DNA of 53,485 nucleotides from a virus (taxonomy: Duplodnaviria > Caudoviricetes), in the IMG/VR virus record IMGVR_UViG_3300006076_000005, positions 1 to 53,485 of that record. One strand, written 5' to 3'. Shown here one piece after another: positions 47,087-53,485 of the stretch (position 1 is the stretch's first letter; each line of letters starts with the position of its first letter). A program made the position numbers and the translations under genes. The notes beneath the pieces are model-generated. The model saw only the letters and a program-made list of their open reading frames with translations, had not been told where the DNA came from and searched no databases.

Positions 47087-49921
47087 ATGGATATTAAAAA
47101 TTATTTATTAGATCCTAATCTAATACAAAAAACAAGTTTAGACAATTTAGAAAAAGCTTTAGATGGTAATTTAGATATAACAGACCCCACTAACCCATTT
47201 ATGTTTCTATTAGAAAATAGTGCTAATGTGGCGGCTTCAACTCTACAAGGGTATATGGCTTTATTAAGAAGAGTTTATCCTAACCTAGCTAAAGAACCCG
47301 AAGATCTTTTCCCGCACTTTAACTCTTCTGCGTTAGCTAATATTTATAGTTCTCCTAGTAACGCTATATTTAACCTTATTATAAATATTGAAAACTTTAT
47401 AAATAATTCTACACAAGGTAAAGGTTATTATCTAGCGATTATACCAAAATATAGTTATATTAAAGTAAACAATGAATACACATTTACCTTACTTAACAAC
47501 GTAGTTATTAAATATTATCCTAATTCTAAAAAGATAATATGTAAAATAGAAGGCAATAGCGAAATAGAAATATCTGAAAAAGAAAACGAATATTTAGAGT
47601 CTAGTATATTTAAAGATAACAACGGTAAAGACTGGATGATTTTAAGAATACCTATGAAACAATTAACTAGATTTAAAATAAGCGATAACTTTATATCCAC
47701 TATGGCTTATAAAAAGACTTTTAAGATAGAAGACTATTTTAACTACATCGTAGTGAAAACTCTTAATCCATTAACCAACAAAGAAATAAAGCTTAATATA
47801 ACGCATGATGATTATAATATAAACCCTAATATACCGACTATGATAGTCAAAGCACTACAACAAGAAGTAACACTAGAATTACCTGTTATTTATAATCTAA
47901 AAGGAGTTGTTAGCGATAGGTTCGATATTGAATTATTTACTACTAAAGGAGCGTTAGAAGTACCTATAACTAAATATGATACTGACAGATTTGTTTTAAC
48001 CATAGTTAATGAAGAAGATTTACCCGACGTATTTAAAATAAGCGACATCAATCATTTTGTGACCGCTTATACGGACATAACAGGTGGTAAAAATGAGATA
48101 GACTTTATGGAACTGAAAAATAGAATCATAGACTATACTACAGGTGATAATAAAATACCTTTAACGTTAGAAGAGATAAAGGAGAAAGCAAGTAGGTATG
48201 GTTACAGGTTTAGATATGTATTAGATACTATATTTAAAAGAGAGTTCCTTATTAATAAACCTATTATAAACATAAATCCCAATATAGTAATAGATACTAA
48301 CGATTATCAAGATTTTATTAGATTTACTAAACCAGAAGTTGCAGACACAAAAATCAAATTCGTTAATGAAGATAAATCTGTCATTATAGAACCTTACCAA
48401 ATGTTTGAGTTTAAAGATGGTAGACTCACTATACTTAAAGAAAAAGAAATGGAATATATAAGAAATTTACCTAAAAGCAATATAGACGAATATAATAATA
48501 GAAAGATATTCTTTAACTTCTTTAAATATATTTTAGACAATGATGAGAAATTAGAATATAGGATATATGATGTTTCAGAACCTAAAATAGTTTCAACGGC
48601 TACAGAGTATAACAATGATGATCTAAATACTATAGTAGTTATAAAATCAAGATCAGTTATACGATATGACAATAAATATATTGTAAAATATGTTATAGAT
48701 GGTAATACCAATATTTTAGAATTAGATGTAGAAGAACTATACGGAGAATTGTCAGTAACATTAGACAATAACGAAGAGATAAAATTTAATACTAAAGCTT
48801 ATTTAGATAATACAGATCTAATATTTGAGTTCACTATACCTTATGATCCTTATATAACAAAAAACGACCTTATGCAAATATTTAGTAATTATGGAGAAAT
48901 CAATACTGCTTATATAGGTAATAGCAATAAAGCTAAATTTAGACTATATACTAAAGACCCTCAAGCAGCCCCCGGTCATAATTTTAGAGTTGACGATATA
49001 AGCGACACTAATGTTGTGGCTGTTATATACGAGGATGAGTCTACTTTAGATTTTCTAACAAGGATAGATACTTTATTTTCTAATTATTATATAGATTATA
49101 CGGAGAGAAAATTTAAGACTTACGACAAGGATGTTTATTTAACGTATAGTGAAGATGTGTATGAACTAGATGATGATGGTTTACCTAAACTTTACCCTAT
49201 CTATGATGAAAATGGTAACATCGTAGATTATGAAGTTAAAGTTTTACATAAAAAAGGCGACGTAGTTAAAAACGAAAATGGTGATCCTATTGTAAAACAT
49301 AAAAAAGGTGATATTATATTAGATAAAAATGGTAATCCTATTATAGATAATGAAGTAGGCGTTATACACAACATCAATATACATCTTATGGAAGATATCT
49401 ATTTAAGAACTTCTAATTTAGATTATGTAGCCTATATATTAGATTACCATAAAAGACTTAGAAATATATTAAGAAAAGAGATCCTTGAATTTAATAAACA
49501 ATTATTAGAAAATACTAAGTTTAAATATATATCCGATTTCAACTTAGGTAAGGTTATACTTAACTATAACTATAGTTATCTAATTTTTGATAATTTCTTA
49601 AAACCTACTATAACCTTATATGTAGATAAAGATAGCATAAATTTCTCATTAACAGACGAACAAAGATTACAAATAGTTGGCATAATAGAGAAGTACTTAG
49701 TAGACAACTTTAAGATCAATGATTTAGAAAAAGAGATAGAGGAGTTTTTAGGAAATGAAGTTAAAAGTATTAAAATCGATCTCTTACCTAATAATGATAT
49801 ACGATATATAGACTATTCTGAAAAATCTACAAAATTTATTATAGGTAAAAGATTAAAATTTAACGATAATGGCGATACTTATGTAGATGCCGATGTTAAT
49901 ATAGTAACAATAAAAATATAA
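47087..49921 (+). CDS. Baseplate wedge protein (phiKZ gp87-like)
   Basis: DPTNPFMFLLE, YP.LA....DL..H, TTKG, HKKGD repeats. Confidence 0.85.
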   Translation: MDIKNYLLDPNLIQKTSLDNLEKALDGNLDITDPTNPFMFLLENSANVAASTLQGYMALLRRVYPNLAKEPEDLFPHFNSSALANIYSSPSNAIFNLIINIENFINNSTQGKGYYLAIIPKYSYIKVNNEYTFTLLNNVVIKYYPNSKKIICKIEGNSEIEISEKENEYLESSIFKDNNGKDWMILRIPMKQLTRFKISDNFISTMAYKKTFKIEDYFNYIVVKTLNPLTNKEIKLNITHDDYNINPNIPTMIVKALQQEVTLELPVIYNLKGVVSDRFDIELFTTKGALEVPITKYDTDRFVLTIVNEEDLPDVFKISDINHFVTAYTDITGGKNEIDFMELKNRIIDYTTGDNKIPLTLEEIKEKASRYGYRFRYVLDTIFKREFLINKPIININPNIVIDTNDYQDFIRFTKPEVADTKIKFVNEDKSVIIEPYQMFEFKDGRLTILKEKEMEYIRNLPKSNIDEYNNRKIFFNFFKYILDNDEKLEYRIYDVSEPKIVSTATEYNNDDLNTIVVIKSRSVIRYDNKYIVKYVIDGNTNILELDVEELYGELSVTLDNNEEIKFNTKAYLDNTDLIFEFTIPYDPYITKNDLMQIFSNYGEINTAYIGNSNKAKFRLYTKDPQAAPGHNFRVDDISDTNVVAVIYEDESTLDFLTRIDTLFSNYYIDYTERKFKTYDKDVYLTYSEDVYELDDDGLPKLYPIYDENGNIVDYEVKVLHKKGDVVKNENGDPIVKHKKGDIILDKNGNPIIDNEVGVIHNINIHLMEDIYLRTSNLDYVAYILDYHKRLRNILRKEILEFNKQLLENTKFKYISDFNLGKVILNYNYSYLIFDNFLKPTITLYVDKDSINFSLTDEQRLQIVGIIEKYLVDNFKINDLEKEIEEFLGNEVKSIKIDLLPNNDIRYIDYSEKSTKFIIGKRLKFNDNGDTYVDADVNIVTIKI

Positions 49922-49951
49922 CAGTAGATAGGGTTATTCCCTATCTACTGT
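49921..49951. terminator. Bidirectional hairpin terminator
   Basis: ACAGTAGATAGGG-ttatt-CCCTATCTACTGT. Confidence 0.75.
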
Positions 49952-49953
49952 TG

Positions 49954-50487
49954 TTAAAATTCAACTTTATCATTAATTATTATGTCTATGATTTCTTCTA
50001 CATTGTAGAACTCACTAAGAACTTTTAAAACTAATGAGTTTGATATTAATTCAAAACCAAATGATTTTAAAATATCCGGTCTAGATTTTACTATCGCAGG
50101 TATGCTATAAATACCTCTGTCATCTATTAACATAGACGCTACATCTCTAGCTAACTTTTTATAATTGATGTTGAAATCAGGCAAGTACGATAAAGTGTTA
50201 TTAAATGTTATACTAGCAGTAGCTAAAACATAAGCTAAATCTTGTCTAAATTTTTCACTCTTATAATAACTTAAAGGAGCTTCGTCATCTAGCGTAACAG
50301 GACCACGATTATTTTTAATATCGTCCAGGACATCTAAAAGATATGATATAAAAATGTTTTTCTTTTCACCATTATGTAGTACTAAGAAATTAGGATATTT
50401 AAGTTTAAAACTTTTAGCCCTAGTCTCAAACGCTTCCACAAGTTCGTCAAAATCTGTTGGTAAATCTGTTATTTTATATTCTACCAT
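49954..50487 (-). CDS. Hypothetical (probable virion) protein
   Basis: 177-aa ORF with SD AAGGAG. Confidence 0.65.
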   Translation of the reverse strand: MVEYKITDLPTDFDELVEAFETRAKSFKLKYPNFLVLHNGEKKNIFISYLLDVLDDIKNNRGPVTLDDEAPLSYYKSEKFRQDLAYVLATASITFNNTLSYLPDFNINYKKLARDVASMLIDDRGIYSIPAIVKSRPDILKSFGFELISNSLVLKVLSEFYNVEEIIDIIINDKVEF

Positions 50488-50497
50488 AATATTCTCC

Positions 50498-51931
50498 TTA
50501 GCTGTTTAATTTATTAAATCGATTCTTGAATACATGAAGTTCATTATCTTCAAGAAGTTCTATCATTTCATTAATGAGTTCTCTATTATCTGTTGTGTTT
50601 AAATTGTCTGTGCTATATCCATACTTTTTAAGTATAGAGAATCTCTCTTTAATTAATTTCATTGTGTTGTCTATAGACTCTATCTGTTCTAATATAATAG
50701 ATGATCCTATACCATCTTTAGGATCAAGTTTTCTTAATTCTCTAACTAACTCTGTTCTTATTTTCCTTAAACGTTTAAATAAATCATCATAGTGTTGGTT
50801 CTGTTCTTTAGATCCAAATATTGCTTTAAGCATATTGAGAATGATGTTTGCTATAAAACCTAATATAAATGTTAATAACTTAATACCTAATATAAAGCCT
50901 AATATAAGTATACCAAAAATATTGAATACTATCAAAGTTAATAAAGTCGTTATAAGTATAATAAATATCTTTATAGTTTTTATAAAAGGATTAATTGGTT
51001 TTATTTCTGTTGTTTTTGTGTCATTAGTTTCTATAGTTCCTAAACTTGCTAACTTAACTAACCCTGAAGCTAAACTATCCCCCATACCTAATTTAGTAGC
51101 AAACTGATCTGCTAACCTTTCAAAGTCTATGTTCATTATACCTTTTTTAGTATCTAGCTTATAAGTTTTAATAACGAATATATCTAAAGCTTGCAATATA
51201 CCTATAGCTGATTTACTATCCACTTTAATACCAGTATCTTCTAAAGCTATAGTTATAGACTCTATATCCGATTTGTTTTTAGTAAATTTTTCATACATAA
51301 AATTCTCTAATAACACTAATGTATTTTTAGTAGTAGTGAACATGTATTCTACATATGTAAATGCGTGTCCTACTTCATGTAACATTATAGCTACTAACTC
51401 AGTAGGAGTAACGTTCTTTACTATAGCTTCCATAAAGTTTATATAAATCGGAAATTCTACATTATCTAAACCTTTAACATATAACTTATTAGGATATACT
51501 TTTAACTTATTCTGTTTTAAAGCATCAGTTATGTTTTTCATAACTTCATACATTCTCTTTTCATTCTGAGAAGCTAATGTTTCCCATAGGATAGATATAG
51601 ATTGTTTTTTAGGAAATAATGCATCCAAATTATCTATAGCTAAACTTACAGTTTTATAATCTAATGGAGGAGTTATTATATAAAAACTACCTTTCATTGT
51701 GTTATAAACGGCGTAGTTAATACCGAACCTGTTCTTAAGGGTTCTATTTATGTTCTCTAGACTCTTAGTTATTACACTATCTTTAAACATAGATTTTAAT
51801 TTATCAGATCTATAATAATTCATAGATCTCTCATTGAACGACACACTAGCGTCATCAAGAACAGTATTAAGTACTTCGTATATCTTCTCTACTTCTTTAA
51901 CTATTAAATTAATGAAATCATTATTGTTCAT
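50498..51931 (-). CDS. Head protein with zincin HExxH motif and hydrophobic hairpin (phiKZ gp84/gp86-like)
   Basis: ELVAIMLHEVGHAF, ERLADQFATKLG.G..L.SGL.KL, ~50-aa hydrophobic stretch, YDD...R...IR. Confidence 0.75.
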   Translation of the reverse strand: MNNNDFINLIVKEVEKIYEVLNTVLDDASVSFNERSMNYYRSDKLKSMFKDSVITKSLENINRTLKNRFGINYAVYNTMKGSFYIITPPLDYKTVSLAIDNLDALFPKKQSISILWETLASQNEKRMYEVMKNITDALKQNKLKVYPNKLYVKGLDNVEFPIYINFMEAIVKNVTPTELVAIMLHEVGHAFTYVEYMFTTTKNTLVLLENFMYEKFTKNKSDIESITIALEDTGIKVDSKSAIGILQALDIFVIKTYKLDTKKGIMNIDFERLADQFATKLGMGDSLASGLVKLASLGTIETNDTKTTEIKPINPFIKTIKIFIILITTLLTLIVFNIFGILILGFILGIKLLTFILGFIANIILNMLKAIFGSKEQNQHYDDLFKRLRKIRTELVRELRKLDPKDGIGSSIILEQIESIDNTMKLIKERFSILKKYGYSTDNLNTTDNRELINEMIELLEDNELHVFKNRFNKLNS

Positions 51932-51996
51932 AGATGCTCCTTTTATTGTGGTGTTTTAGTGAAGATTCATCACAAGCACAAAGATAAGGAGTTATT

Positions 51997-52404
51997 ATGG
52001 CATTAATTTATTTAGACGATTACATAGATCTTAACAATTATGGGGATATAGTAGGAGTAAGTTATCAAGTAGCATTAGATAAGGATTTTAAAAGCATAAT
52101 CTATCAAGATTTTATGGATAAGGAACATATACATACAAAAAGATTACCTATCTATATAGAGTTTTACAACACACCTAATGAATACATACTTGATGGTGAA
52201 TTATTTGTAAGATGTAAAATTTATTATAAAGGTGGAAGTGATGGTGCTATAAATGAGAGTAAATGGTTTATGATAGAAGAGGATATTAAAAAGCGTTATA
52301 TAAGTCCTGTAAAATTTGAAGGTATTATAGTTGGCTATACTTTTTATAACCCTGATAAAAAAGATAAAGATGTCATGGTTCTTAATGAAAAAATCGACAC
52401 ATAG
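51997..52404 (+). CDS. Small FN3-like putative virion protein
   Basis: YQVALDKDF...VRCKI...SKW resembles the N-terminal repeat of 12601..13533. Confidence 0.55.
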   Translation: MALIYLDDYIDLNNYGDIVGVSYQVALDKDFKSIIYQDFMDKEHIHTKRLPIYIEFYNTPNEYILDGELFVRCKIYYKGGSDGAINESKWFMIEEDIKKRYISPVKFEGIIVGYTFYNPDKKDKDVMVLNEKIDT

Positions 52405-52432
52405 ACATAGTCTTCTTAAGAAGACTATGTCT
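52403..52432. terminator. Perfect 30-bp palindrome / bidirectional terminator
   Basis: AGACATAGTCTTCTTAAGAAGACTATGTCT between convergent genes. Confidence 0.75.
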
Positions 52433-52901
52433 GTTCTTTTATAATTAAAATATTATCTTCTATACCTGTCTCTTTGTCTAGTTTTGTGTAATTAACAAAT
52501 AAAATATCCGTCTTTTCTAGATTCTCTTTTATTAGTTTATCAGGTTCAGATTTATTCTCTACTATAATAGGTTCTTCTATATAGTAAACAAAACTATCGA
52601 ATTCTTCGCTATATGTTACTTTTTTTAGCGGTAGCATAAAGTTGATCCCTATTTCAACATCTTGTTCTTCTTCCAAATTAAAAAGCGTATTCTTTATGTT
52701 TCTATTAAATTCCTCATCTTTTAATATTCTTACTATTTGTAAGTTAGTAATATCTAAATTACATTTTTTCAACAACATAGTTAGCCTAAAAATTAAAACT
52801 TCCCCTACACGCATGAGATCAGATTTTTTATATATCTTTGGTATAGTAACTAACTCTAATACAGCATTTGTTCTTAAACAATCGATTAATGACTTTTCCA
52901 T
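52425..52901 (-). CDS. Hypothetical protein
   Basis: AAAGG precedes ATG 52901 (MEKSL). Confidence 0.6.
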   Translation of the reverse strand: MEKSLIDCLRTNAVLELVTIPKIYKKSDLMRVGEVLIFRLTMLLKKCNLDITNLQIVRILKDEEFNRNIKNTLFNLEEEQDVEIGINFMLPLKKVTYSEEFDSFVYYIEEPIIVENKSEPDKLIKENLEKTDILFVNYTKLDKETGIEDNILIIKEQT

Positions 52902-52917
52902 ATTATAACCTTTCTGT

Positions 52918-53484
52918 TTAATTTTCATTAACATCATAATGTATACCTAACATATCATGCAACGTCTCGCCTTCTTTAATATAGAAACCTATAGACTCTA
53001 AAACAATATACAACACTTTACAATTATCCAGAATAATTCTTTTAACATCAAGTATAGGCATAACCTCTTCAGGTAAACCTTTAGCATAAGTTATAATTAA
53101 AGGAAATTTATAAGTTTTAATAGCTTCTTTTTTGGTTTTGGCTAAGAAATTAGTAAACTTGTTTCTAAAATCTTCTGGTAGTGAATTTATGTAATTTTGC
53201 ATATCTGTTTTAGAATTAATGATAGTTGGAACTTTGATAGCCATGTAAGTTGGTTCAGGAGCATCTCCATATTTATCTGCAAATATTTCTTGCCATACTA
53301 GATATTGAAAATATGGAGAACTATACTCATCTGCTTTATAGGCTTTAGCTTCTTTTATTTTTTCTAATTTCAAAATTTCTGGAGAGCCTGTTTTAACTTT
53401 ATTAATAATAAGTTTTTCAGCATCTAGAACCATATCTATGTATTTTTTAAGAGAAAGTTTTTTATTACTATTAACAGTCCAGAT
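52918..53484 (-). CDS. Split family-B DNA polymerase subunit, C-terminal fragment (phiKZ gp82-like), 5' end outside window
   Basis: The frame is open to the window edge; Y..Y..WQE.F..KYG....P.Y...K, G.PEE....D..RI, Y.VLES.G. Confidence 0.8.
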   Translation of the reverse strand: MWTVNSNKKLSLKKYIDMVLDAEKLIINKVKTGSPEILKLEKIKEAKAYKADEYSSPYFQYLVWQEIFADKYGDAPEPTYMAIKVPTIINSKTDMQNYINSLPEDFRNKFTNFLAKTKKEAIKTYKFPLIITYAKGLPEEVMPILDVKRIILDNCKVLYIVLESIGFYIKEGETLHDMLGIHYDVNEN

Positions 53485-53485
53485 G

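Noticed and set aside
49240-49350. HKKGD...NG.PI repeat in the baseplate protein
   Set aside because: As I recall it, this is a normal feature of gp87-family proteins rather than something novel.
185-52908. Numerous 60-165-aa ORFs antisense to or nested in long genes (e.g. 185..508, 14430..14825, 20764..21261, 39001..39471)
   Set aside because: They have the S/F/L/I-rich composition expected from the reverse complement of K/E/N-rich genes and lack SDs.
1-53485. Stop-codon reassignment as an explanation for the start-less frames
   Set aside because: Core genes are full-length in the standard code, and TAA, TAG and TGA all terminate genuine genes.
1-53485. CRISPR array, regularly spaced repeat array, tRNA genes, reverse transcriptase, integrase/transposase, inteins
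   Set aside because: By eye I found no spaced direct repeats, cloverleafs, RT motif context, recombinase motifs or intein signatures. A weak, degenerate array cannot be fully excluded without computation.

Overview
AT-rich segment (roughly one quarter GC by eye) of a phiKZ-like (Chimalliviridae-type) jumbo phage, mostly transcribed on the minus strand. It carries recognisable phiKZ core blocks: gp118-gp123-like (DnaB helicase, major capsid protein, non-virion RNAP beta N-subunit), gp65-gp75-like (SbcD, sigma-like gp68, PicA/gp69, nvRNAP beta C and beta' C subunits, SF2 helicase) and gp82-gp101-like (DNA polymerase fragment, baseplate, inner-body/ejection paralogues, neck). phiKZ gene numbers are assigned from remembered motifs and synteny, not from a database search. 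Features the ORF track does not explain: (1) an ORF-less 421-nt group I intron (3820-4240, minus) splitting the gp123-like RNAP gene, combining a P5abc domain with P7.1/P7.2; (2) a start-less -1 frame entered at a U8 run (2077-2084), which looks like a G/GT-type tail-chaperone frameshift; (3) a cassette of tiny H1/protamine-like basic peptides (21470-21971) with a second apparent -1 shift; (4) the end of a GC-rich pseudoknotted RNA at 1-130 that is cut by the window edge; (5) two candidate phage promoter motifs and a family of stop-codon-overlapping hairpins.
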